Shown here piece by piece: positions 10,094 through 20,442 of a DNA stretch of 64,000 bases. Origin of the DNA: Candidatus Baldrarchaeota archaeon (GTDB taxonomy: Archaea; Asgardarchaeota; Baldrarchaeia; Baldrarchaeales; DXJG01); assembly GCA_019056805.1 (NCBI GenBank), contig DXJG01000002.1, forward strand, positions 154,178 to 218,177, in the 5' to 3' direction. The position numbers were made by a program, and so were the translations under genes. The notes below the pieces were generated by a model. It was not told where the DNA came from. It did no database searches and saw only the letters and a list, made by a program, of their open reading frames with translations. Positions within the stretch are counted from its first letter, which is position 1. Each line of letters starts with the position of its first letter.

Positions 10094-11098
10094 TTAAAAG
10101 TGATAATCGATCGGCGGTTTTGTTTTTCTCCTTTCTTGTTTTGATTTTTTCCTCCATTTCTCAAATTCTTCCGATGGAGGGTATTGACGATATAACGTCT
10201 GTCTATTTGCTTCTAATAATTGTTGCTTCTTGTTTAAGTATTCTGAGACACATTTTATTTCATGTTTACTCATTTTCGCTTCTTCTATTACCGTTTTGAG
10301 CCATATTTTCCAATCTAAGTCCCTTAGTAGATGGTGATCTATAATTATTAGCGATATTTTTCTTGCAAGTTTAGCGATATTCTCTTTTGCTTTTCCAATA
10401 GCTTCCTCTTTGATTCTATATCTTTCTAAATAGGTTGGCGGGCCACTTATGTAAATCACGTTTGGTTTTTCCTTTAATATGAGATTTAATGTCCTATCGC
10501 TTATGGGTCCCTGCACATCCGATGCATGAATAAATGTTTCATCTTCATACTTTATTGTACACATTAAAACGTAGCCCAAGGGTGTGTTTTCTTCACCATG
10601 TGGCACTGGTGCTGAAAACTTTATTATAGTATCTCCGAACACATAGGACTTTCCGTCTGCAAAATCAATTTTTTTGGCTATTTTTTCAACATTTTTATAA
10701 AACGAGTAGCCCCGTTTCTTTTGGCTAAAATTAATGTTTTTCTGATAATCCTTTCCTAATATAATTTTATCTGCATATATTGTCTCTGCTATTTCCTTGC
10801 TGCTCCATATATACCTATATTCTTCAAAAAACGGTTTAAAGTGATCCCAATGCATATGACTTATTGTAACAATGTCCGCATAGTATGCATATTTCATAAT
10901 TTCTCTTGTCGTCCTTTCAACAGCTTTATACTCAAGAGGATGAGGTATTAATCCATATCTAAAACCCAGTGATGCTGAAGCATCAATTAACACATTTATA
11001 TCAGGTGTTTTCACAAACGTCGCCATAGATCGCACGCCAAGACTTTCTGCCGCCAAAGGCCTGATCTTTATATGTTTTAATATTATTTCTCTTGCCAA
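10094..11098 (-). CDS. Metallo-beta-lactamase-fold hydrolase (UPF0282-like)
   Basis: HMHWDH metal-binding motif and an archaeal MBL-fold family arrangement. Confidence 0.6.
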   Translation of the reverse strand: MAREIILKHIKIRPLAAESLGVRSMATFVKTPDINVLIDASASLGFRYGLIPHPLEYKAVERTTREIMKYAYYADIVTISHMHWDHFKPFFEEYRYIWSSKEIAETIYADKIILGKDYQKNINFSQKKRGYSFYKNVEKIAKKIDFADGKSYVFGDTIIKFSAPVPHGEENTPLGYVLMCTIKYEDETFIHASDVQGPISDRTLNLILKEKPNVIYISGPPTYLERYRIKEEAIGKAKENIAKLARKISLIIIDHHLLRDLDWKIWLKTVIEEAKMSKHEIKCVSEYLNKKQQLLEANRQTLYRQYPPSEEFEKWRKKSKQERRKTKPPIDYHF

Positions 11099-11167
11099 GG
11101 GTACATCTCCGCTTTCGAAGATTTAATTTTTAAACCAAGTAAATTGAAATAAAATTATGGGAATATT

Positions 11168-12226
<1,059 letters not shown>

Positions 12227-12523
12227 CTATTTAAACTTAAAGGTATTTTTTGATAAGCTTTTATGGCTTTTAAAAATTCTGATAGCATTATTCTAAATTC
12301 TTTCATTTTAACCATATTTTTCCAATAAATGTCAAAAGATAGCAAATTGATTTGATTAAGAAATAAACAGTAAGCTAATGAGGTCATAATGTCACCGTTT
12401 ATTACTTTCCTTTAGTTTGAACAAAGTTTGTTAGCAGATGGTCAAAATGAAATTCACGTAAAGGAAAGTGTTATTACATTTGATAATGAACTATTTGTAC
12501 TACAAAATAGATAGATAATCTGG

Positions 12524-12982
12524 GTGATAGTAATGTCTTTTAAAGTCGGCGATATAATGACAAAAGAGGTTGTAACTGTTAGTCTCGGAAAAACAGTTCA
12601 AGAAACAGTTGAGATAATGAATGAAAAAGAAATTGGATGTGTAGTTGTAGTTAAAGATAATACCCCAGTGGGAATTGTTACAGAAAGAGACGTTTTAAAG
12701 AAAATCGTAGTTGAAGGAAAAGATCCAAAGAAAACTAAGGTCGAAGAAATAATGTCATCCCCGCTTATAACAGGTTCCCCTGACATGACTCTAGAAGATG
12801 CTGCTAAACTTTTGGTTTTAAAAAGAATTAAAAAACTTCCAATAGTTGAAAAAGGAAAGTTAATAGGCATTATAACACTTTTTGACATTGTTAGATGGGA
12901 GCCTCTAGCAGTCAACATTTTAAAGAAAGCTTTAGCAGCAGAAAAACTACCTCCACATATGAAGAAATTTCTGAAAGAATAA
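12524..12982 (+). CDS. CBS domain pair protein
   Basis: Two CBS motifs (hydrophobic-G-hhTE-DV/L patterns). Confidence 0.7.
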   Translation: MIVMSFKVGDIMTKEVVTVSLGKTVQETVEIMNEKEIGCVVVVKDNTPVGIVTERDVLKKIVVEGKDPKKTKVEEIMSSPLITGSPDMTLEDAAKLLVLKRIKKLPIVEKGKLIGIITLFDIVRWEPLAVNILKKALAAEKLPPHMKKFLKE

Positions 12983-13000
12983 TCATTTGAGAGTGATCAT

Positions 13001-13504
13001 ATGCCTCTCATACCATACAAAAATAGATCACCTAACATAGATAAAGCGATTTTCATCGCATCTAATGCAACTCTCGTTGGACAGGTTACCTTAATGCGTG
13101 GAGTTAGCATCTGGTTTGGAGCGGTGCTTAAAGGCGATAGTAAGGAGGTTTTCATAGATGAAAATTCTGCGGTTCTTGAAAACTGCTTTGTCGAAGGATC
13201 TACTATAGGAAAAGAATCGCTAATTAGTCATGGAGCAATTTTACATTCATGCAACATAGGAAATAACGTCCTAGTTGGTATAGGTGCTATCATCCTGGAC
13301 AATGTTAAAATATGTGACAACAGCATAGTTGCTGCTGGTTCGGTAATTCCACCTGGAATCAAAGTTGCAGAGGGCACCGTAGTTGCTGGTGTACCTGCGA
13401 AAACCATTAGAAAAGTAAAGGAAGAAGACATCACTAACATTAAAAACTCGCTAAAAACTATTAGGGAGAAAGCATTAGTATATAGTAGAGTTCTGAATAT
13501 TTAG
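13001..13504 (+). CDS. Hexapeptide-repeat (left-handed beta-helix) protein, gamma-carbonic anhydrase/PaaY-like
   Basis: Repeating [LIV]G-x4 hexapeptide pattern throughout. 167 aa. Confidence 0.7.
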   Translation: MPLIPYKNRSPNIDKAIFIASNATLVGQVTLMRGVSIWFGAVLKGDSKEVFIDENSAVLENCFVEGSTIGKESLISHGAILHSCNIGNNVLVGIGAIILDNVKICDNSIVAAGSVIPPGIKVAEGTVVAGVPAKTIRKVKEEDITNIKNSLKTIREKALVYSRVLNI

Positions 13505-13518
13505 GAGGTGGAAATTAA

Positions 13519-14040
13519 ATGGATATATTTGAATGTATTAAGGGGAGAAGAAGTATCCGCGCGTTTACATCTGATCCAGTAAGAGAAGAAGACCTTAAAA
13601 AAATCTTAGAAGCTGCTATATATGCTCCTAGTGCAGGTAATCTTCAAAGCTGGGAATTTGTCATAGTTCGAGATAAGGATAGAAAGCTTCAATTAGCTCG
13701 AGCAGCATTAAACCAGACATTTATTGCTGAAGCACCTGTAGTAATAGTAGTTTGTGCAAATCTTGCAAGGTCGGGTAGAATTTATGGCGAACGAGGACGA
13801 ACCCTCTACTGTATTCAGGATACAGCAGCAGCCATTCAAAACATCCTACTCACAGCTTATGCTCTTGGTTATGGTACATGTTGGGTTGGCGCCTTTAGAG
13901 AGGAGGATGCTAGCAAAATATTAAAATTACCGCCAGATGTTCGGCCTGTTGCAATCATTCCAATTGGAAGACCAGCTGAAAGACCTGCTCCAAGACCGAG
14001 AATGCCGCTGGACAAAGTTGTACACTACGAAGTATTTTGA
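13519..14040 (+). CDS. Nitroreductase family protein
   Basis: RRSIRAF...APSAGNLQ motif typical of the FMN nitroreductase fold. Confidence 0.75.
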   Translation: MDIFECIKGRRSIRAFTSDPVREEDLKKILEAAIYAPSAGNLQSWEFVIVRDKDRKLQLARAALNQTFIAEAPVVIVVCANLARSGRIYGERGRTLYCIQDTAAAIQNILLTAYALGYGTCWVGAFREEDASKILKLPPDVRPVAIIPIGRPAERPAPRPRMPLDKVVHYEVF

Positions 14041-14127
14041 GAAAATTAATCATTCAATTACATGCAATCTAAGTAAAATATTATTTATTTTATGAATTAA
14101 AAAGGTAAGATTCAAGGTTAACAAGTT

Positions 14128-14817
14128 TTATCTTACTTTAATTGCTACTATTCTAACGAATTCAGCTGTGTCTTCGCTAAAATCTGCAATATTTTCAATG
14201 CATTCTATAAATGTGTGAAGGGTTATTGCGTTAAAAGGAGTTTTTAAATAATCCCATGACATCTTTAAGAGATGTTTTCTCACATTCATATGGCTTTCAT
14301 CTACAACATGCTCTAAACGGTCAACTGCGTCAGCATATTTGATTATTGTTTCTACAGGATCTTTGCCGAGCCTAATAATCATTTCGTACATCTTATCTAC
14401 GCAATTAACAACATCCTTTATCATTTTCAGGAGTTTTTCCTTAAATTCTGCATCTCCGGTAATTATACTTTCATCTAAAAGGTTTAAACGCCTTGCAGCA
14501 GCATTTGCAAAATTAGCTACACTATCTAATCTTTTAGCAAGATGTGCAAGGTCTTCTCTATGGGCGGAAACTAACGCTCCTTCAGTTAATATTACCATGA
14601 TTCTTTTTCTAATACTATCAGCTTCACTTTCAATTTCCGATATTCTTCTAATTCCGAGTTTTGCTTCATCTACTTTTCCATCGCTAAAAAGCTTAATTAC
14701 TTTTTCCAATTCTAGTACGCAATCATAAACCTTTCTAGCATGATCTCTTAGCAATGTTATGATTTTTGCTTCTCTCCTTCCCTTAAGCCATTCCAACAAG
14801 CCTGAACTCAATAGCAT
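14128..14817 (-). CDS. PhoU/DUF47-like helical protein
   Basis: All-helical protein with PhoU-like repeats. A paralog is at 44236..44889. Confidence 0.5.
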   Translation of the reverse strand: MLLSSGLLEWLKGRREAKIITLLRDHARKVYDCVLELEKVIKLFSDGKVDEAKLGIRRISEIESEADSIRKRIMVILTEGALVSAHREDLAHLAKRLDSVANFANAAARRLNLLDESIITGDAEFKEKLLKMIKDVVNCVDKMYEMIIRLGKDPVETIIKYADAVDRLEHVVDESHMNVRKHLLKMSWDYLKTPFNAITLHTFIECIENIADFSEDTAEFVRIVAIKVR

Positions 14818-14899
14818 TCACCATACATGATTTAAATAATATCTTACGTATACTTTCTTTTTTAAAAGTGTTGGTAAACTATATGTAAAGGGTTAGGCA

Positions 14900-15397
14900 C
14901 TACTTTAAGTGACCATATTCTTCTAAAAATTCTAACGCTGCCTCTGATAGATTTTCCTGTACAAAATTTACACCTTTCTGAGTTAAATGAGCTCTTACAT
15001 AAATGGGACCAATAGAAAGCAGCTTTATATATCCTTGCTTTTTTAACTTCCTAAGCGAAGTCATAACTAAATTAGTCATTTCCTGATCATTTAACATAGG
15101 TTTCCCATCTGGTAACTGAAACATAGAAACATGACGTAAAACACGTTTAATACTTGGAAGATAACGCTTTTTGCCTTCATAAGGACTAGCATAAAGCCAC
15201 AACAATATTATAATATCCACTAATACAAGTTCAGGATCCAGATTACGGATTCTTTCTATTTTTCGTGCCAATAATTCAACAACAGGCATTCTAACCACAA
15301 GCTTTATGTGAGCAACTAAAATTGCACTGTTTAACATAAAAGGATTAAGTATTTGTAAATTTTTCTTAATACAAAAAATCTTCCATGAGTTTTTCAT
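14900..15397 (-). CDS. Hypothetical protein, probable winged-helix fold
   Basis: ORF with a WH-like C-terminal segment. The true start may be the internal Met (MPVVELL..). Confidence 0.4.
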   Translation of the reverse strand: MKNSWKIFCIKKNLQILNPFMLNSAILVAHIKLVVRMPVVELLARKIERIRNLDPELVLVDIIILLWLYASPYEGKKRYLPSIKRVLRHVSMFQLPDGKPMLNDQEMTNLVMTSLRKLKKQGYIKLLSIGPIYVRAHLTQKGVNFVQENLSEAALEFLEEYGHLK

Positions 15398-15439
15398 ATT
15401 TTTCTCTATTTAATAAGCAAAAGGATTCAATGCAAAAAG

Positions 15440-16225
15440 CTACAAGTCTCCTACCCAGAGGAAATAACCCGGTTTTGGTTCTACAAGCAGTCCCTCTAAA
15501 AAAAGCTTTCTCATTGCTTCTTCGATTTCTTCCAAAGCGAAACCTTCACTTGTTAAAGTTTCGGTTAACTCTGCATAACTCGTTGGCTCTTTTCTTTCTC
15601 TTAAGATGCTAGCTATTATTTTTCGCAGGTCTTTCATTTGATATAGTGACTTTTTCTCTCGTAGATGTTTTGTTTTAGGCGTATATCCTTCCACATCTTC
15701 TTCACCTATATATTGTAGAAGCCATGGTCTCGGGAAAATTACCGTCCCCTCTTTTGCAAGTAACTCTAACTGTTCCCTAACCCAATCCCATTCCAAACCA
15801 TACTTTTTACATAATTTTCCTAATTCATCAATATTTATTGGATTTGAACATTCTTTCTTTAACATAACAATCATTCTTCTAGCCTTAGATAAACTTACGC
15901 TTGTTTCTTCTTCAGGTAATGTTTCAGAGGTTTGCTCTATCTCTTCAATTAAGTCTAATACCTTTTCTTTTTGAGTTTTTAAAGCCTCAAGATAGCTTTT
16001 CTCTCCTCCTTTCAAATTATATCTTTTTACAAGGAGGGATGCCCGTTTAGCATCATCAGTAATAACAGCGGTCCTAGGATCTATTCGAATAATTTTGCCA
16101 CAAAAACTACATAACCTAGTTTTTTGCCCTAAAGGAGCATACGTAAACTTACCACAAACAGGGCATCTAAAAACAACAAATTTCTTTCTCACAGAATCGC
16201 CTCGCAAAGGTATTTTCATAATCAA
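15440..16225 (-). CDS. Zinc-ribbon plus tandem winged-helix protein
   Basis: N-terminal CPVCG..CSFCG Zn ribbon, a charged coiled region, then two WH-like segments (..LGKLCKKYGLEWDWVREQLELLAKEG.. and ..SYAELTETLTSEGFALEEIEEAMRKLFLEGLL..). Confidence 0.5.
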   Translation of the reverse strand: MIMKIPLRGDSVRKKFVVFRCPVCGKFTYAPLGQKTRLCSFCGKIIRIDPRTAVITDDAKRASLLVKRYNLKGGEKSYLEALKTQKEKVLDLIEEIEQTSETLPEEETSVSLSKARRMIVMLKKECSNPINIDELGKLCKKYGLEWDWVREQLELLAKEGTVIFPRPWLLQYIGEEDVEGYTPKTKHLREKKSLYQMKDLRKIIASILRERKEPTSYAELTETLTSEGFALEEIEEAMRKLFLEGLLVEPKPGYFLWVGDL

Positions 16226-16311
16226 ATAAGTTATATGCTATTTTATCTCACTTTACATAGACATCTAGATTTAATATATCAACATTTCCTAAAAATATTG
16301 AGGGAACAATT

Positions 16312-16854
16312 TTGAAAACAGAAGAAACAGAAGAAGAAATTAAAACATTAGCAGACCTGAAAAAATACCTAGAAGATGAATTAGAAAAAAGAAGAAAAGA
16401 AATACAACAATTAGAAAAATTTCTTATAGTTGTTAATACCATGTTAGCGAAACATAGCTTTAAACCCGCAGTAACACTTATAGAAGAGAAAAAAGAACCA
16501 ACAAAAAAAGAACTAACCTTAAAATCAAAAAGTGGGAAAACCCTAGCTTACATGAAAATATATCCAACAACAATTAAAATAACAATTCCTGAAAGTTTGA
16601 AGGTAAGTCCAAAATCTCCACCTTTTAAATCCTTCTTTATAGGGCAAATATTGAGAAAAATGCAGCAAGAAGATCTTGAACTTGTAAAAGAAAGAAAAAT
16701 ACCTAGCGGGAAAGCCTTAGAATATAGAATAGAAATTTCAGACGGAAATGTCAAGGAAATTGTTATCAAAAATTATAGAGATGAGGAAAGGTTGAAGGAA
16801 ATAGAAAGAACAATAAAATGGACACTAGAAACTATACTTGAGAAAACTAAGTAG
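16312..16854 (+). CDS. Hypothetical charged/coiled-coil protein
   Basis: ORF only. K/E-rich. Confidence 0.4.
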   Translation: MKTEETEEEIKTLADLKKYLEDELEKRRKEIQQLEKFLIVVNTMLAKHSFKPAVTLIEEKKEPTKKELTLKSKSGKTLAYMKIYPTTIKITIPESLKVSPKSPPFKSFFIGQILRKMQQEDLELVKERKIPSGKALEYRIEISDGNVKEIVIKNYRDEERLKEIERTIKWTLETILEKTK

Positions 16855-16912
16855 TTAAATAAATAATTAACATTTAATAAAGGTAGTTTATGCGATATCT
16901 GTCAGTCCACGG

Positions 16913-17206
16913 CTAATCTTGGTAAGTTTTTACTTCCTCGACAAGCACCCTGCCTGCGACGACTTGGTCAATGGAGTGAATACTTGCACCTAACTTCTCT
17001 AGTTCTTGTCTTATTAATTCGTAGTCTAAACTGGTTCCTTCAATAGTTATTTTTACGTTTTCGGTGTCTGCATCAACTTCTATAAGAGAAATATTTACTC
17101 CTTCAACCCCTGGTAACTTTGCAAGATTCTCTGCAAGCTCAGGAGCGATAGGACGGTGAGGCTTTAAAACATCAAGTACAAGCCTTTTAATTCCCAAGCT
17201 TCCCAT
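16913..17206 (-). CDS. DUF211-family conserved archaeal protein
   Basis: About 95 aa with a conserved archaeal small-protein pattern (LDVLKPH...). Confidence 0.5.
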   Translation of the reverse strand: MGSLGIKRLVLDVLKPHRPIAPELAENLAKLPGVEGVNISLIEVDADTENVKITIEGTSLDYELIRQELEKLGASIHSIDQVVAGRVLVEEVKTYQD

Positions 17207-17393
17207 ATTTTTTCAAGACCTCCATCTAAACATCGTATGCACTTACTTTTAAATATAACGTGAACTACACTAAAATACCACAAATCCTCAGAAATTCTTG
17301 AGTTCTTCATCAACAACTGGAAAGACCAGCTGACACGCTTAACAATATTCAAATGTACTTCAGTGACAATAAAATATATGGGTAAGGTGTAAA

Positions 17394-18065
17394 GTGATGC
17401 GTAAAGCCACAGCAGAAACATATATCAAAAAACTGCTAAAAACTGAAAATGGGAAAAAAATAGGAGAAATATTACGAGAACAATACGAAAAATGGAAACG
17501 GACTCTTGAGTTAAAGGACTTTCACCACTTCATTCAGCTAATATGGAAGAAATATGAAAAAGAAATTATGAAAATACTTAAAGGAGAAATACAACTCATT
17601 GGACAATTCAGAGCGTTTGCTTTCGAAGAATATGTTCATGATCTTATCCTAAGAAAAACAAATCTAAAAAATCTCGGTCTAGATGTATTTTGGAACGAGC
17701 CAATAGAGGTTTGGCGGGGAATCATAATAGATCAAGGAAAAATAGTAGAAGAAACCTACACCACACAATTTGATCTAACAATAGGCAAGAGACAGGAAAA
17801 TAAAACAATAATACCATTAATTGTAATAGAAACAAAGGTAGATGTAGATGCTCCAAGACTAAAAGCAGTCATGGCTAACTTTTCTCTCCTAAAAACATTG
17901 AATCCCTCCGTGTCTTGCATGTTAATATACGTAAATTGGAACGCGAAAAAAACACTAAAACACATAGCAAAAGCGGTAATAAACAACATATACCAATTCA
18001 ATCCTGAAGAAAAAGATGAAACACAAAAATTCATTCAAGACATAAACAATTACTTAACAATCTAA
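17394..18065 (+). CDS. Hypothetical protein (possible PD-(D/E)xK-like core; very tentative)
   Basis: ORF. The segment IPLIVIETKVD resembles an E-x-K nuclease motif. No further support. Confidence 0.35.
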   Translation: MMRKATAETYIKKLLKTENGKKIGEILREQYEKWKRTLELKDFHHFIQLIWKKYEKEIMKILKGEIQLIGQFRAFAFEEYVHDLILRKTNLKNLGLDVFWNEPIEVWRGIIIDQGKIVEETYTTQFDLTIGKRQENKTIIPLIVIETKVDVDAPRLKAVMANFSLLKTLNPSVSCMLIYVNWNAKKTLKHIAKAVINNIYQFNPEEKDETQKFIQDINNYLTI

Positions 18066-18272
18066 CAAAGTGCAACAGCAAAATTTCAACTCAACAAACA
18101 TCCAAATTAATGATAAAATCAATTTCCCATAACATAAAAGTAGGATGTTGTCGTGAAAGCACACTTTCACGACTAGTTACTATATGATCTTCCACATAAT
18201 TAAGCAATGTTTTATCATGTTTTCGGTTTTATGTTGTTTATGAAAGGTTTAAAATATGGTTGTTATCGCTGA

Positions 18273-19643
18273 TTGATGGTGCTTTGGATGTCAGAACTAA
18301 AGTTACCTAAAAGATACGAGTACATAGTTTCTGTTTTATCTAGGGTTGAAAGGAGAAGAATTCCTCTCAAATCTGGGTTGGAAGATATTTTTTCAGAAGA
18401 ATCTGTGGATTGGAGAGTTCGTAGCACCGTTACTGCTCATGTACTTGGAATTTTACGCAACTTTAGATTGATTGACCAAGCTATTAATTTAACCTTGAAA
18501 AAAGGATCTATTCATATGTTTAAACCTGAACTTAAGAATATTTTGAGAGTTGCAGTTTACGATATTCATATTAGACGAGCAGTCCCAGCTAAAACCGCAA
18601 CTATGGTTGCGGTTAATTTAGCAAAGAAGATGCTTGGTGATAGCATTGCTCGTTTAGTTAATGCATTATTAAGGCAGATAGAGAATTTTGAAATAGAAAA
18701 GGTTTTGGAGAGAGAAGATAAAGCTGAGGTTTTGGCGTTAAAATATTCTCATCCTACTTGGTTTGTCCGCTATATAATCGAACTATTGGGCGAAGAAGAG
18801 GCTATAAAACTTCTAAGTACAAACAACTCTCCTGCACCAGTTTGGCTACGTGTAAACACATTAAAAACAGAAAGAGATAGGTTAATAAAGGTTTTAGAAA
18901 GAGAAGGTACGAAAGTTACCCTGGACTCTGATCTTCCAGATGTACTCAAGGTTATTGAAAGTAGAAAACCACCAGTTAGATTATCTAGTTTTTCTAAGGG
19001 CCTTTTCTATATTCAAGATAAAGCTTCCGTGCTTGCAGGACATGTCTTAAACCCTAAACCTGGTGAACTTATTGTTGACGTGTGTGCAGCTCCAGGTGGC
19101 AAAACTTCACATATTGCTCAGTTGATGGAAAATGAAGGTAAAATTATAGCAATTGACATATCGAGGCTTAGAATAAGAGCTCTTAAAAATAACATGAAAA
19201 GACTTGGTGTAAAAATTGTAGAAACCAAAGTTATGGATGCAAGAAAAATTCCCGAAAAACTTAAGGTAGAAGCTGATCGCGTAATTGTTGACCCGAGCTG
19301 TTCTTCTACTGGAAACTTCCGTTCCAGGCCTGAAGTCAGATTATGGATTAAAAAGAAAGATGTTAAACGATTTGCTAAGCTTCAATGGGAGATATTAAAC
19401 GCAGCGGCGGAAATTGTAAAGGAGGGCGGAACACTGATGTATTCTACTTGTTCTTTAACATTAGAGGAAAATGAACATTTAATTAAAAGATTTTTAGACG
19501 AGAAGAATACATTTAAGATTACTAAAGCAGAACCCTTTATCGGAAATCCCGGATTCAGCGATTTAACAGATACACAAAGACTTTTCCCACATATACACGA
19601 TACAGAAGGATTCTTCATAGCTAAACTTATTAAAATGGGATAA
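18273..19643 (+). CDS. NOL1/NOP2/Sun family RNA cytosine-C5 methyltransferase with N-terminal NusB-like domain
   Basis: SAM motif DVCAAPGGKT, and the catalytic Cys motifs DPSCSSTG and MYSTCS. Confidence 0.85.
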   Translation: MMVLWMSELKLPKRYEYIVSVLSRVERRRIPLKSGLEDIFSEESVDWRVRSTVTAHVLGILRNFRLIDQAINLTLKKGSIHMFKPELKNILRVAVYDIHIRRAVPAKTATMVAVNLAKKMLGDSIARLVNALLRQIENFEIEKVLEREDKAEVLALKYSHPTWFVRYIIELLGEEEAIKLLSTNNSPAPVWLRVNTLKTERDRLIKVLEREGTKVTLDSDLPDVLKVIESRKPPVRLSSFSKGLFYIQDKASVLAGHVLNPKPGELIVDVCAAPGGKTSHIAQLMENEGKIIAIDISRLRIRALKNNMKRLGVKIVETKVMDARKIPEKLKVEADRVIVDPSCSSTGNFRSRPEVRLWIKKKDVKRFAKLQWEILNAAAEIVKEGGTLMYSTCSLTLEENEHLIKRFLDEKNTFKITKAEPFIGNPGFSDLTDTQRLFPHIHDTEGFFIAKLIKMG

Positions 19644-19667
19644 TTTTAACGAATCTTATATTTTTCC

Positions 19668-19804
19668 CTAACCACCGGATCTCCTCTACAATTCTTGCAA
19701 AGATAAGCCTTAATTTTCTTCCCTTTTCTTGTATAGATAACTATTGGTTTCTCTCTCTTATCAGAAAGTATTGCACCGCATTCATAACATTTTCTCCTCG
19801 ACAT
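19668..19804 (-). CDS. Small C4 zinc-ribbon protein (45 aa)
   Basis: Translation MSRRKCYECGAILSD...AYLCKNCRGDPVV, immediately downstream of the KH-domain gene. It is below the 60-aa ORF-track threshold. Confidence 0.4.
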
Positions 19805-19809
19805 CTCTC

Positions 19810-20343
19810 TCACATCCACATCTTGAATTTTTTCATTTTAATGTCTATTCTCTTGCGTTCTAATTCTTGAATCACTTTATTTTGTGGCTTTCCTCTAATA
19901 ATTTTTAACAGCGCAATTCTAGCAATATCTGTATTTTCTGGTTTTCCAAGTATACCAACAGTCCCCTCTTCTTCATTTATTTTTATTCTAGTTTCTGTCA
20001 AGGCCTCTATTGCTTCTTTTACTTTTCCTTTTGTTCCAATAAGCCTTCCTAAAGTTCTCTTAAGCTTGTTTCCACTGCCAACCTCTTCTTTAACATCTAT
20101 TACCTGTAATACTGCATCAGTGTCTATCATTTGAAGTATGTCTAGTTCATCGTATCCCATGGAAATTGCTTCAACAACTTGCTTTACCTTCATAGCCACA
20201 AAGGGGTCTTCTGCCTCTATTTTAACAACACCACTAGGTTCCAACGTTAATGTTGTTTCCGTCCTTTCTTCTATTTTTTCCTTTAAATTCCTTAACTTTT
20301 CAATCATTTTTTCCTCTATTCTTGCATACATTGCAGGTGTCAT
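19810..20343 (-). CDS. KH-domain RNA-binding protein (aDim2/Pno1-like)
   Basis: Two KH-like segments with GxxG-type loops (LIGTKGK). Size is typical of archaeal Dim2. Confidence 0.65.
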   Translation of the reverse strand: MTPAMYARIEEKMIEKLRNLKEKIEERTETTLTLEPSGVVKIEAEDPFVAMKVKQVVEAISMGYDELDILQMIDTDAVLQVIDVKEEVGSGNKLKRTLGRLIGTKGKVKEAIEALTETRIKINEEEGTVGILGKPENTDIARIALLKIIRGKPQNKVIQELERKRIDIKMKKFKMWM

Positions 20344-20442
20344 TGCTCAGTCCTCAATTATTAGTTCTTTGAACTCTTAGAAAAATTTATTTTTGGATTT
20401 TGTGGTTTTAAGCTGGAACATGGGTGGCCGTGAATATGACCT

